A stretch of 60,591 bases of DNA, filler included. It is 5 parts of 5 records of this genome, joined end to end, with 100 filler letters (N's around TTAATTAATTAA, not from the genome) between each part and the next. Parts side by side here need not be neighbours in the genome. Positions count along the whole stretch, not along the records: positions 1 to 12,947 come from DRR723986_21707; 4 more parts are not named here. The stretch is one strand, 5' to 3'. Shown here one piece after another: positions 1 through 9,771 of this stretch (position 1 is its first letter; every line of letters begins with the position of its first letter). Position numbers and translations under genes: made by a program. A model generated the notes under the pieces. That model did no database searches. It was not told where the DNA came from and saw only the letters and a list, made by a program, of their open reading frames with translations.

Positions 1-394
1 ATACTGCTAGAAGGGCAACCACCGAAGCTATTCCAGCGGAAATCAAATTTACTTGAGCTGCAGCTAGTACTCCAATGAGGATAAGCGTAAAAGACATCCA
101 TGCGGCTCTGCTTTTAGATACTCTACCACTAGGAATGGGTCTTTCCGGCCTCTCAATTGCATCAAGTTCGGCATCGAATACATCATTGAAGGCAACACCT
201 CCAGCATACAATCCAATTGTACTCAATGAAAGCCAAGCTAGTTTGGTAAGTAGTATGTTTCCTCCTTGCCCACCTTCCAATAGATAAAACCAAGTGCCTG
301 AGATAGCAAAACCCGCCCAAATGTCAGCTATTGCTGTGACTACATTTGCTGGGCGGGTAAGTTGTAAATAGGCGAAAAGCCGAGTAGTTCGCAT
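1..394 (-). CDS. eboC: UbiA-family prenyltransferase EboC (3' truncated by window edge)
   Basis: Not in ORF track. Manual translation MRTTRLFAYLQLTRPANVVTAIADIWAGFA... with a later NDVFDAELDAIERPERPIPSG UbiA motif; follows eboB. Confidence 0.85.
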   Translation of the reverse strand, partial: MRTTRLFAYLQLTRPANVVTAIADIWAGFAISGTWFYLLEGGQGGNILLTKLAWLSLSTIGLYAGGVAFNDVFDAELDAIERPERPIPSGRVSKSRAAWMSFTLILIGVLAAAQVNLISAGIASVVALLAV

Positions 395-397
395 TTA

Positions 398-1303
398 TTA
401 ATTTTCTACAATATTTGATTTACCTTCCACTCGTGGAGTTTGTCCACCACGAAGAACAGAATTACCACTCATTTTTTTGGTTTGGTCCAGCGGTGCAGCA
501 TTCAACCAATCTTGCTCATCCATTTGTCCACTTTGCCCAAAAGCAGTTAATGCATTTTGATAAGTTACCAATTTGATATGTTCTTCTGGGATTCCAGATT
601 TACGCATGAGGTCAGCTGTTTTTGGCACAGCCAAAGGGTCTGAAATTCCCCAATCTGCAGCGGAATTGACGATTATTCTTTCTGGCCCGTATTGCTTCAC
701 GATTTCTACCATGCGCTCAGAACCCATTTTGGTATGTGGATAAATGGTAAATCCAGCGTAATAGCCCCGATCCAACACTTCCTTTACGGTCTCTTCATTG
801 TTATGATCTACGATCACCATTTTCGGATCCAACCCATGCTCTTCGGATACATCCATACTGCGAATGGTACCTTTTCTTTTGTCTCTGTGAGGAGTGTGGA
901 TAAGCACAGGGAGATCCACTTCTTTTGCCAGTTCCAACTGAAGTCTATAAAACTTGTCCTCCGCTTCAGTCTGATCATCGTACCCTATTTCGCCTATTGC
1001 CACCACACCTTCTTTGCCCACATATAAAGGCAAAAGCTCCATTACTTGTTCAGCTAATGGTTCATTGTTCGCTTCCTTAGAGTTTAACCCCATCGTGCAG
1101 TAATGCACAATACCGAACTGACTGGCACGAAAACGCTCCCAACCTACGAGGGTGCTGAAGTAATCTTTGAAGCTTCCAACTTCTGTTCTTGGCTGTCCTA
1201 GCCAAAATGCTGGCTCAATGACGGCAACGATTCCAGCTTTTTGCATGGCTTCATAGTCGTCAGTAGTACGGGATACGACGTGGATATGTGGATCTATATA
1301 CAT
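398..1303 (-). CDS. eboB: TatD-family hydrolase EboB
   Basis: DPHIH, GEIG, HTPH motifs; lies between eboA and eboC. Confidence 0.85.
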   Translation of the reverse strand: MYIDPHIHVVSRTTDDYEAMQKAGIVAVIEPAFWLGQPRTEVGSFKDYFSTLVGWERFRASQFGIVHYCTMGLNSKEANNEPLAEQVMELLPLYVGKEGVVAIGEIGYDDQTEAEDKFYRLQLELAKEVDLPVLIHTPHRDKRKGTIRSMDVSEEHGLDPKMVIVDHNNEETVKEVLDRGYYAGFTIYPHTKMGSERMVEIVKQYGPERIIVNSAADWGISDPLAVPKTADLMRKSGIPEEHIKLVTYQNALTAFGQSGQMDEQDWLNAAPLDQTKKMSGNSVLRGGQTPRVEGKSNIVEN

Positions 1304-1341
1304 GATTATTTATTTTAGAAAGGGTAATGTAAAATTAGGGA

Positions 1342-2223
1342 TTAAACGCGAGTTCGCTGAAACTCCGAGCCAATGCTTTCCCAAGCTATGGCATCCATAT
1401 CAAGAGCGGCAAATTGGTCAGGGTAAGATTTGAGCAAAGACTTTGCCTCTGTAAACGCCGATTCCCTTAAGGTCAATAATGCTGCTTTTACTTGAAGATC
1501 ATCTCCAGTTGCCAAAGTTTTTTTCAGATCCTCTAAATACATTTCATTGACAAAGGGAGCAACTAGTCTCCATATTTCTGGCATCACCTCTCTGCCTGCT
1601 GCCCAGCGCTCATGAGCAAAATCCCTTGCAATCGCTGCCAAAGCTAGGTTTCTTCTCCCCTCTAATCCTTGAATTCTATAAAGTGGGCGCTGCATAAATA
1701 TTGCTTTAAGAACCATTTGATTCCAATTGGCTTCCGGGAAATACTTTGCTGGAAAAGGATTGTTTAAAGCAATCGCATCAAAAACAAGGGAAATATTAGT
1801 ACGAAGGCCATCAATGGCTCTAGGAATTAAATCCTCCTGAAAAGGCATAAGTGGTAAAGCAGCGAAAAGTGCTTGGTGCTCATGCATGTCAGCCGTTTCA
1901 AAAAGCTGATTCATTGCTGCAAACCAAGCTACTTTTTCCTGTGGATAACTTAACATCAATACAGTTCTGGCAGTTTGTAATTCATCCCAATGCTCAGGTT
2001 GAAACCCTGTGGCCAGCTCGTTTGCTTGAGCAAGTTTATCCTGTGATAGCGTGAGTTTTTCCTTTTTGAAGAATCTGGATGCTTGGCTGAAAGCGAGAAA
2101 AAACTTCGAAGGAGTTCCTTCAGAGCTGATCTTTTCAACTTGTTTATTGAGCCAATCCAAGCCTTTATGATTAGCTGAGGTATCTAGCAGTTGGGTTAGA
2201 TAGCTGATTAATTGATTTTTCAT
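1342..2223 (-). CDS. eboA: EboA domain protein
   Basis: GLRTN...FDAIA..NPFP..YF...WNQMVLKAIF and ERWAAGR motifs; start moved to ATG of MKNQL. Confidence 0.85.
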   Translation of the reverse strand: MKNQLISYLTQLLDTSANHKGLDWLNKQVEKISSEGTPSKFFLAFSQASRFFKKEKLTLSQDKLAQANELATGFQPEHWDELQTARTVLMLSYPQEKVAWFAAMNQLFETADMHEHQALFAALPLMPFQEDLIPRAIDGLRTNISLVFDAIALNNPFPAKYFPEANWNQMVLKAIFMQRPLYRIQGLEGRRNLALAAIARDFAHERWAAGREVMPEIWRLVAPFVNEMYLEDLKKTLATGDDLQVKAALLTLRESAFTEAKSLLKSYPDQFAALDMDAIAWESIGSEFQRTRV

Positions 2224-2516
2224 AATGAAGAGTTGCCGTTTAGGGCTTAGCGTCAACTTTGCTTTTATTTTATAAAATACGCTGAAATCTACCAGAATAT
2301 CCACTTAGATAATGCTCAGCGGTAGGAAAAAGTGCCCTACCTGACAAAAATCACTTTCTTACATAATCAACCCTCAGATATTTTCTTTTTCCTTAACTTG
2401 CCAGCCTTTTAGAAGGAGATTTGCCCGTCAAAAAGTAGCTTGGGGCATTATTTCGAAGGTATTCATCGTCAATTTCTACCTAGAATGAGTTTCATGTTCG
2501 TGATTAATAATTCTTT

Positions 2517-3173
2517 ATGACAACTAGTACCATCCTGCTTTCTATCTGTGGAATAGGCTGGATTATTACATATATAGAGGCTTTAAGGGTAGGGTATAAG
2601 GACAAGTCCTATGGTATTCCTTTTATAGCACTTGGTCTTAATTTTACTTGGGAGCTGTACTATACTGTTCCTGGCTTCTTTGAGTTTGGGACCCATGTGT
2701 CTAGCTTTTTCAATGCCTTCTGGTTACTTCTGGACTGTGGTATTCTGTACATGTATTTTAAATATGGAATTAAGGAAGTATTTACCAAAAAGAGCACTTT
2801 TTATATTCAGGCAATAGTATACCTAATAGGCTGCCTAGTCTTACAGCATTTCGTTTTTCAATGGGTTGGAATAGTACTTGGAGCACTTTACATGGGTTTT
2901 CTTCAGTGTATTTTAATGTCCTTCCTATTCATTAGAATGTATTACCGAAGACCTGGTTTGCAGGGGCAATCCTTAACCTTGGCGATTGCAAAATTTATTG
3001 GAACCCTGCCATTAACCATATTATTTGGAATAATCGGTTCTAATAGAGGCGGAGGCGTACATGAACCAATTCTTTATATAGGTTCAGTCATTTTTGTTTT
3101 GGATGTGGCTTATATCTACCTAGTGGCGAAAAGGAGAAAGAGTATAAAAGCGATTCGGTCAAATATATCTTAG
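2517..3173 (+). CDS. Integral-membrane protein, PaxB/Pyr4-type terpene cyclase-like
   Basis: 218 aa, about 7 TM; W..TY...R....DKSYGIP..AL.LNFTWE pattern and C-terminal LDVAY. Confidence 0.55.
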   Translation: MTTSTILLSICGIGWIITYIEALRVGYKDKSYGIPFIALGLNFTWELYYTVPGFFEFGTHVSSFFNAFWLLLDCGILYMYFKYGIKEVFTKKSTFYIQAIVYLIGCLVLQHFVFQWVGIVLGALYMGFLQCILMSFLFIRMYYRRPGLQGQSLTLAIAKFIGTLPLTILFGIIGSNRGGGVHEPILYIGSVIFVLDVAYIYLVAKRRKSIKAIRSNIS

Positions 3174-3210
3174 TCCTTTTTTATATCCTCTTATTAAAAA
3201 ATTAACAACC

Positions 3211-4224
3211 TCATCCCCCAATCGCAATCATACTTCTATTATCAGAATGAAGTGTTGGGTCGGAGATTTTTTCCATACTATCCATTCCTGCACGCACAGC
3301 CTTTTTATTTAGGATGGATTCTAAAATCAGCGTTTCCACATCTTCCCCAGCTCGCATCGCAGCTAGCAAGTCAGTTTCTTGATTGGAAAAAAGACAGTTT
3401 TTGATTCTGCCATTTGCCGTTAATCTGATTCGGTTGCAACTTCCGCAGAAGGGATTGGTCACCGAAGAGATGATCCCGAAATCTCCTTTATAGCCATCGA
3501 TCTTGAATTTTCGGGCGGTGAAGTTTTCTTCATTAGGCAGGGAAGAAATTTGCTCTGTCCCAAAGTGAGAGCCCAATTGACCTAGCACTTCTTTCTCCGA
3601 GACCATTTTTGAGCGATCCCATTGATTGCCATCAAATGGCATGAATTCTATAAAACGAACCGAAACCTGATAGTCTTTGGTAATTTCCACAAAATCAATC
3701 AACTCATCATTATTGATGCCTTTGATCAGTACTGCATTAATTTTCAGATCGAAGTTATTGTCATGAAGTAGTTCAAAGTTGTCTAGGGTTTTTTGGAAAC
3801 CTGTTCTTCTGGTAAGTTCTTGAAAGCGTTCTTCCTTCAGTGTATCCAGACTGAAATTGATCTTTTTAATAGCTAGTTTTTGGAAGTTATCCACATGCCT
3901 GTCAATCAGCAAACCATTGGTGGTAATCGAAAGATCTACCGGCAATTTTGAAAGTCCATCGAGTATCACGCCAATATCTTTCCGAAGCAGAGGCTCTCCG
4001 CCAGTGAGTCGAATTTTATTCACTCCTAAGCTCACAAAGATCCGGGCAAATTCCAGCACCTCATCAGCACTCATCAAGTGAGCTTTTGGACTTAAGGGAA
4101 TTCCTTCAGCGGGCATGCAGTAGCTACAGCGCAAATTGCACTTCTCAATTAAGGAGATCCGCAGGTAATTGTGGATCCTCCCAAATTTGTCTTTTAGCTC
4201 CTGAATATTACCCGATTGGGTCAT
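3211..4224 (-). CDS. moaA: GTP 3',8-cyclase
   Basis: CNLRCSYC radical SAM motif, FCGSCNRIRLT, C-terminal IGG. Confidence 0.95.
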   Translation of the reverse strand: MTQSGNIQELKDKFGRIHNYLRISLIEKCNLRCSYCMPAEGIPLSPKAHLMSADEVLEFARIFVSLGVNKIRLTGGEPLLRKDIGVILDGLSKLPVDLSITTNGLLIDRHVDNFQKLAIKKINFSLDTLKEERFQELTRRTGFQKTLDNFELLHDNNFDLKINAVLIKGINNDELIDFVEITKDYQVSVRFIEFMPFDGNQWDRSKMVSEKEVLGQLGSHFGTEQISSLPNEENFTARKFKIDGYKGDFGIISSVTNPFCGSCNRIRLTANGRIKNCLFSNQETDLLAAMRAGEDVETLILESILNKKAVRAGMDSMEKISDPTLHSDNRSMIAIGG

Positions 4225-5125
4225 GATTAGCTCCTTTTAATATTTTAAAAACATGCAATAAATGAGGGAAAACTGCATCCATTGATTCTTTTGCTCCATT
4301 CGTAGATCCTGGTAAAGCCAAGACTATGCTATCCCCAATAGTGCCAGCCACCGATCTAGAGAGCATAGCAAATGGCATAATCCTCTGTCCATAGCTACGA
4401 ATTGCTTCCTCCACACCTGGTATTCTTCTCTCCAAAATCGGCTCTAAGGCTTCAGGAGTAACGTCTCTTTGTGAAAGTCCAGTTCCCCCAGTAAAAATCA
4501 CTAATTGATTACTCTCTGTAAGTTCAAAAGTCCGGGCCCGGATCAGTTCCAACTCATCAGGAATTACCTCATAAGAAGTCACGTTCACACCATGCGTCTT
4601 CAACTTATCCACAATAACTTTTCCTGCTTTATCTTCCTTGATTCCCTTAGAAATGGAGTCAGAGCAAACCACGACAGCAGCTTGGATTTCTTTCGGGTTT
4701 TTGTCTTTGAAACTTGATTTTCCACCCGTCTTTTCCACCAAACCAATTTCCCGAATTACAATTCCCTTGTCAATGGGCTTCAACATATCATACATAGTAA
4801 GTGCAATCACTGAAGCTCCATGCATGGCTTCTACCTCTACTCCTGTTTTATATACAGTCTTTACCGTGATAAAAATCCGTATTTCCAATCCATCAATCTC
4901 GTATTCCACTGCGGTATATTCCACAGGTAGTGGATGACAATCAGGAATAGTAATGTGGGTGTTTTTCACTGCGAAAAGCCCCGCCACCTTAGCCATTTCG
5001 AACACATTGCCTTTTGGTACTCTGTTTTCCACCACAGCTGCAATGGTCTCAGCTGAACTGACATGTACAATCGCCTGAGCTTTTGCCGTGCGAAGTGTGG
5101 TGACTTTATGTGTGATATCTACCAT
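4208..5125 (-). CDS. moaCB: Bifunctional MoaC/MoaB
   Basis: MVDIT.K, IPDCHP, TGVEVEA (MoaC) fused to TGGTG..RDVTPEA, LPGS (MoaB). Confidence 0.9.
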   Translation of the reverse strand: MVDITHKVTTLRTAKAQAIVHVSSAETIAAVVENRVPKGNVFEMAKVAGLFAVKNTHITIPDCHPLPVEYTAVEYEIDGLEIRIFITVKTVYKTGVEVEAMHGASVIALTMYDMLKPIDKGIVIREIGLVEKTGGKSSFKDKNPKEIQAAVVVCSDSISKGIKEDKAGKVIVDKLKTHGVNVTSYEVIPDELELIRARTFELTESNQLVIFTGGTGLSQRDVTPEALEPILERRIPGVEEAIRSYGQRIMPFAMLSRSVAGTIGDSIVLALPGSTNGAKESMDAVFPHLLHVFKILKGANHDPIG

Positions 5126-5290
5126 TTGTTTACCTAATTATCTGCAAATATGCCCCTTGACATACTTTCATTGTTTACTTTGCTGGAAGACCGAAGACCG
5201 GTGACCGAAGTTGCCTAAATGATAACTTTCACCGTACTATAAGTCGCTTTAGTCTTTTTCTTGATGGAGTTGCAGATTTACCTGTTTTGT

Positions 5291-5719
5291 TCAACTATTT
5301 ACCTTCCACTGATGATCGGCATTATCAAGAATCTCCTTGCCGAAGATTGGAACATGCTCTTTCACTTGATTCACGAGCCATTCTGTGGCTTCATAGACCT
5401 GCTTCCTTCTCGGTGAGGAAACGAAAACAAAAATGCAAATCTCTCCTACTTTCACTTCACCCAAACTATGATAAATGTGTAGGCAAGTCAAATTGAATTT
5501 CTCGAAAGCAGCTTCACGGATTTCATGCAGTTTTTCATTCGCCATTTCCTCATAAGTCGTGTATTCTATGGCTACGACTTTATTTTCACCAACTTCATCT
5601 GCACGAACCTGACCAAGGAAAATGTTATGTGCACCAATGCTATGCTTGCCTTGATGCTTCGCAATAGAATCAGCTATAAATTCAGGAGAAATCGCTCCTT
5701 CAAGAAATACTTTTTTCAT
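5291..5719 (-). CDS. moaE: Molybdopterin synthase large subunit
   Basis: GA..IFLG.VR, VPIFGKE. Confidence 0.9.
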   Translation of the reverse strand: MKKVFLEGAISPEFIADSIAKHQGKHSIGAHNIFLGQVRADEVGENKVVAIEYTTYEEMANEKLHEIREAAFEKFNLTCLHIYHSLGEVKVGEICIFVFVSSPRRKQVYEATEWLVNQVKEHVPIFGKEILDNADHQWKVNS

Positions 5720-6743
5720 CTTCTACTTGTATTAAGTCTTTTGCTCCACCGCGAATAAGCTTCAACTTCTTAAATCCTTTTTGGGAAAGTAACTCAGCCG
5801 CTTTTCTACTTCTTGCTCCAGATTTACAATAGATCCGAAATTCCTCAGTTTTATCCAAGCGATCCGCTTCTTTTTCTAATACTGAAAGCGGAATCTGAAT
5901 TCCATTGTCCAACTTCACCTCGGGCATTTCTCCGAACTCCCGCACATCCAATACTATTGATTCTCCTAATAGGGCTTCCTCTGCAGAAATCATATCAAAG
6001 GAAATAGAAAGATCAGGCTTTTTCGCTTCGGCTACCTTACCAAATTCAAACACTTGCTGCAAATTGCTGAGCAAATCGTAAATCAGAATTTTGCCAGATA
6101 GCACTTCCCCGATTCCCAAAATAATCTTCATCGCTTCATTTGCCTGAAGCATTCCTATCAATCCGACAGTCGTTCCCAGCACTCCAGCTTCGGCGCAATT
6201 CGGAGCGGATAGATTTTCCTCTGGGAAAATATCTCTATAACTCGGCCCACCTTGGAAATTGAACACCGAAATCTGCCCTTGAAATTGATGGATTGAGCCA
6301 TAGATGAAAGGCTTTCCACTGTCCTCGCAGGTATCATTAATGACATATCGAATAAAGAGATTGTCCGTAGCATCAATGATCAAATCGAAATGCTGGAAGA
6401 TTTCAGAAGCATTCTTTTCTGTCAAAAACTCCTCGAAAACCAATACTTCCACACCAGGATTTTTCTTGATTATAGTATCGGCAGCCTCTTTAACTTTGTA
6501 AAGCCCGATCTGATCAGCAGAATAAAGTACTTGCCGGTGAAGGTTCGACTCTTCGATTTTATCACCGTCAATAATTCCAATTTTTCCTATTCCAGCTGCT
6601 GCCAAATACGGTAAAACAGCACAGCCCAACCCACCAGCTCCCACCACCAAAACGCTACTTGACTTAAGCTTTTGCTGACCGGAAGTTCCGATACCTGGAA
6701 GAATGATTTGTCGCTGATATCTTTCCATTTTATCCTCCTGCAA
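5700..6743 (-). CDS. moeB: MoeB/ThiF adenylyltransferase with C-terminal rhodanese domain
   Basis: RYQRQ, GAGGLG, SNLHRQ; rhodanese YCKSGARS. Confidence 0.9.
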   Translation of the reverse strand: MQEDKMERYQRQIILPGIGTSGQQKLKSSSVLVVGAGGLGCAVLPYLAAAGIGKIGIIDGDKIEESNLHRQVLYSADQIGLYKVKEAADTIIKKNPGVEVLVFEEFLTEKNASEIFQHFDLIIDATDNLFIRYVINDTCEDSGKPFIYGSIHQFQGQISVFNFQGGPSYRDIFPEENLSAPNCAEAGVLGTTVGLIGMLQANEAMKIILGIGEVLSGKILIYDLLSNLQQVFEFGKVAEAKKPDLSISFDMISAEEALLGESIVLDVREFGEMPEVKLDNGIQIPLSVLEKEADRLDKTEEFRIYCKSGARSRKAAELLSQKGFKKLKLIRGGAKDLIQVEDEKSIS

Positions 6744-6966
6744 ATGGTGGAAGTAGTGCTACTTCGTCTGAATCAGAAATATTCAGAGCTTGTTGCTTCG
6801 AGACAATTTTTCTATTGACTGCTACCTGAAAAGGGAATTGGGCTATAGCATATTTAGAGTCTAACAGATCAAGCAGATCAGCCAAACTCATGGATTTACT
6901 GTCCAAAGTTTCTGAATTGCTTCGCGCAGCTTCTGCGATATTTCCAAAATAATTCACTGTAATCAT
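6730..6966 (-). CDS. moaD: Molybdopterin synthase sulfur carrier
   Basis: 78 aa ending PPFAGG. Confidence 0.9.
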   Translation of the reverse strand: MITVNYFGNIAEAARSNSETLDSKSMSLADLLDLLDSKYAIAQFPFQVAVNRKIVSKQQALNISDSDEVALLPPFAGG

Positions 6967-6994
6967 AGCTTCAAGTTAATACAGATCGATCGTA

Positions 6995-7807
6995 TTAATT
7001 ACTAAACGGCAAGGTATTCAGGTTTTGGAAAATAAATTCGTCTTCTAAAACCCAGTCTTCTTTCAATTGTTTTTTCACTCGTGCCAGATGCACCACTTCG
7101 CCAATGACAATAACGGCAGGCGCTGCTATTCGTTGGTTCTCGCTGATTTCTACGATGTTTTGAATAGTTCCTACCACTTCTTTTTGCTCCGATTTGGTAC
7201 CGTTTTGTATGATGGCTATAGGTAAATCCTGTTTTCCTAAGGAAGCATAAATCGCTGCTATTTCCTTCAGCTTGCTCATACCCATAAGTACTACCACTGT
7301 TGCTGAGGATTGGGCTGCTAAGGTCAAATCATTTGAAAGCTCCCGATTGCTAGTGGTACCAGTGATCACCCAGAAACTTTCGGCCACTCCACGCGCTGTT
7401 ACAGGAATTCCCACCGAGGCAGGAACGGCCACGCTGGAAGAAATTCCTGGAATCACTTCTACTTCAATTCCATGTGCCAAAGCATAGTTTTCTTCCTCTT
7501 TTCCTCTTCCAAAAACAAATGGGTCTCCACCTTTTACCCGGACTACATGTCCAAATTCAGTTGCGTAATTCACCATGAGCTCATTGATCTCGTCCTGTGT
7601 ATGGCTGTGATTACCTTTCCTTTTTCCCACAAAAACCAACAATGCCCGATTGGCATGCTGTAGGATTTCCTCATTAACCAGCGAATCATATAGCACCACA
7701 TCTGCATGGCATAGCGCTTTGACGGCTTTTAACGTAAGTAGCTCTGGATCGCCAGGGCCAGCACCAATTAGAGTAAGTTTCGGCGATTTGCCAGTGATAG
7801 TTTTCAT
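6995..7807 (-). CDS. cobA: Uroporphyrinogen-III C-methyltransferase
   Basis: GAGPGDPELLTLKA, KGGDPFVFGRG. Confidence 0.92.
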   Translation of the reverse strand: MKTITGKSPKLTLIGAGPGDPELLTLKAVKALCHADVVLYDSLVNEEILQHANRALLVFVGKRKGNHSHTQDEINELMVNYATEFGHVVRVKGGDPFVFGRGKEEENYALAHGIEVEVIPGISSSVAVPASVGIPVTARGVAESFWVITGTTSNRELSNDLTLAAQSSATVVVLMGMSKLKEIAAIYASLGKQDLPIAIIQNGTKSEQKEVVGTIQNIVEISENQRIAAPAVIVIGEVVHLARVKKQLKEDWVLEDEFIFQNLNTLPFSN

Positions 7808-8388
7808 AGGTCTAGTAGGTTGAGCGCATGTAATTCTGCTTTACTATTGATATTCTGAACGAGTGACTTTTCTTCAGTATTGATTATGATTTTATGATGC
7901 GAGATCGAATTCACCAGCGGACAGAGCTTCAATTTTTCTGATGAAATAGCATCAGAAAATGTTTTTAAGGCCTTTTTTTTATAAACACCAATCAAAGGAT
8001 AATCATTTTTGTCATCGCTAAGAAAGGTGATCAGTGCATCTTTTTGTTTTGATTCTGTGGTTAGTTTTGCGAGAAGGCTAGTTGTAATCTTCGGTACGTC
8101 ACAGCTGAGAATTAGATTTTGCTCGGTATCTGTATGATTGAGAGCGGTAAAAATCCCTCCAACAGGGCCTTTGTCTGCATAGGTATCTTCTATCATCGGC
8201 AATCCCATAAAGGTATAATCCCCATTACTCGTGACTAAGATGATATTGGACGTGATCGGCAGGATTGCTTCGACTATCCATCGTATAAAAGGTTTCCCTT
8301 TGTAGAGGACGAGTCCTTTTTCAGACTGCATTCTTGTACTTTTTCCTCCACAGAGTACGTAAGCCGATATGTTTGCTGAATTTTTCAT
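7804..8388 (-). CDS. mobA: Molybdenum cofactor guanylyltransferase
   Basis: LCGGKSTRM..EKG, GPVGGI, CDVP, NINS. Confidence 0.88.
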   Translation of the reverse strand: MKNSANISAYVLCGGKSTRMQSEKGLVLYKGKPFIRWIVEAILPITSNIILVTSNGDYTFMGLPMIEDTYADKGPVGGIFTALNHTDTEQNLILSCDVPKITTSLLAKLTTESKQKDALITFLSDDKNDYPLIGVYKKKALKTFSDAISSEKLKLCPLVNSISHHKIIINTEEKSLVQNINSKAELHALNLLDL

Positions 8389-8413
8389 TCCTCGATTCTC
8401 TATAAATCCCTTG

Positions 8414-9589
8414 CTAATGTCTGTTTATCGGTAAGTAAAGAACAGACTCTCCAGCTTCAAGGATTTCTTTTTCTGCCGGGACAAGTACCAACGCATTTCC
8501 CAAAGCATAGGAAATCAACATGCTAGAGGCTTGTTTTGGATAAATATCCAATTCCCCATTTTTCTCTGTTCCAAGTATAAAAAGAGTCTTTCCAAACTTG
8601 TTATACGTACGATGCTGTAGCACTCCAGACTGGAAGTTTAAGTCATAATCAGGGTCGCCTGACATGATTTTCAGCGCCGAAAGAGCATAAATCAAAAAGC
8701 AAGTCAGTGAAGAAGCAGGATTTCCCGGCAAAGCAAAAACCAATGTTTTATCTGACCGGCCAAACCATAGTGGTTTTCCTGGCTTTTGGTTGATTTTATA
8801 GAAAATTTTCTGAACTCCATTTGCCTGCAAGGCCTCTTCGACAAAATCGTAATCACCAACTGATATACCTCCTGAGATCAACAACAGGTCACTCTCGAGC
8901 CCAGACTTAGTGGCTCGTTTGGTCGCCTCCAGGTCATCAACGACTTTTAAAAGCTGCACTGAATCATATCCTCTTGATTTCAGTGCAGCTTCAAGCATGA
9001 TCGCATTGCTCTCGTAAATGGCCCCGGGCCTGAGAGGAGTTCCTGCCTCCTGAAGCTCGTTTCCCGTAACGATCAGCGTAATTTTGGGTTTGTTAGTGAC
9101 TAAAACCTCTGTGATTCCAAAACTGGTCAAAAAACCAATGATGGATTCGGTGATTCTGGTCCCGGCTGGCAATACTTGTTCGCCAGCTTGAATTTGTTCG
9201 CCTATTTCCCTCACATTTGTGGATTTCTCAGGCATTTTTTGAATGGCTATTTTATGTCCATTCACTACCACATGCTCTTGCATGATTACTGTATCTGCTT
9301 GGTCAGGCACACGAGCTCCAGTGAAAATGCGCACGGCTTGATCTGCTAAAATCTCAAAATCGGTCGCATCTCCTGCCTTGCACTCACCTACCACTTCTAG
9401 CTCTTCTATTTCTCCTCTTCGAAAGGCATATCCATCCATGGCAGACTGCCGAAATGTAGGCAAACTGATCGGAGCTAAAATTTTCTCTGCCAAATAGCAG
9501 CCATAAGAATCCCTAAGGTGCCTTTTTACACTAGGCAACTGGCTAGTGTGAGTTTTGATTAATTCTAAAGCTTCAGAAACTGAAATCAT
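8414..9589 (-). CDS. moeA: Molybdopterin molybdotransferase
   Basis: SAMDGYA, TGNEL, SGGISVGDYDFV, LPGNP. Confidence 0.93.
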   Translation of the reverse strand: MISVSEALELIKTHTSQLPSVKRHLRDSYGCYLAEKILAPISLPTFRQSAMDGYAFRRGEIEELEVVGECKAGDATDFEILADQAVRIFTGARVPDQADTVIMQEHVVVNGHKIAIQKMPEKSTNVREIGEQIQAGEQVLPAGTRITESIIGFLTSFGITEVLVTNKPKITLIVTGNELQEAGTPLRPGAIYESNAIMLEAALKSRGYDSVQLLKVVDDLEATKRATKSGLESDLLLISGGISVGDYDFVEEALQANGVQKIFYKINQKPGKPLWFGRSDKTLVFALPGNPASSLTCFLIYALSALKIMSGDPDYDLNFQSGVLQHRTYNKFGKTLFILGTEKNGELDIYPKQASSMLISYALGNALVLVPAEKEILEAGESVLYLPINRH

Positions 9590-9771
9590 CTTGCTGTGGT
9601 ATCTTGGCTAAACTTATGAAAAAATACGTATTAATACTTACTTTACTACGTAATTTATTCTCTTGTTAAGTGTTTTTATGATCAAAAGCACTTTCTTCGA
9701 TGAAGCTCTGCCATTTTTGGCGCAAAAAAAAACGCTAATCAAAGCGTTTTTTAAAATCTCAATTTTTATCC

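Noticed and set aside
5186-5210. GACCGAAG short repeats between moaCB and moaE
   Set aside because: Only 2-3 degenerate units; no supportable function.
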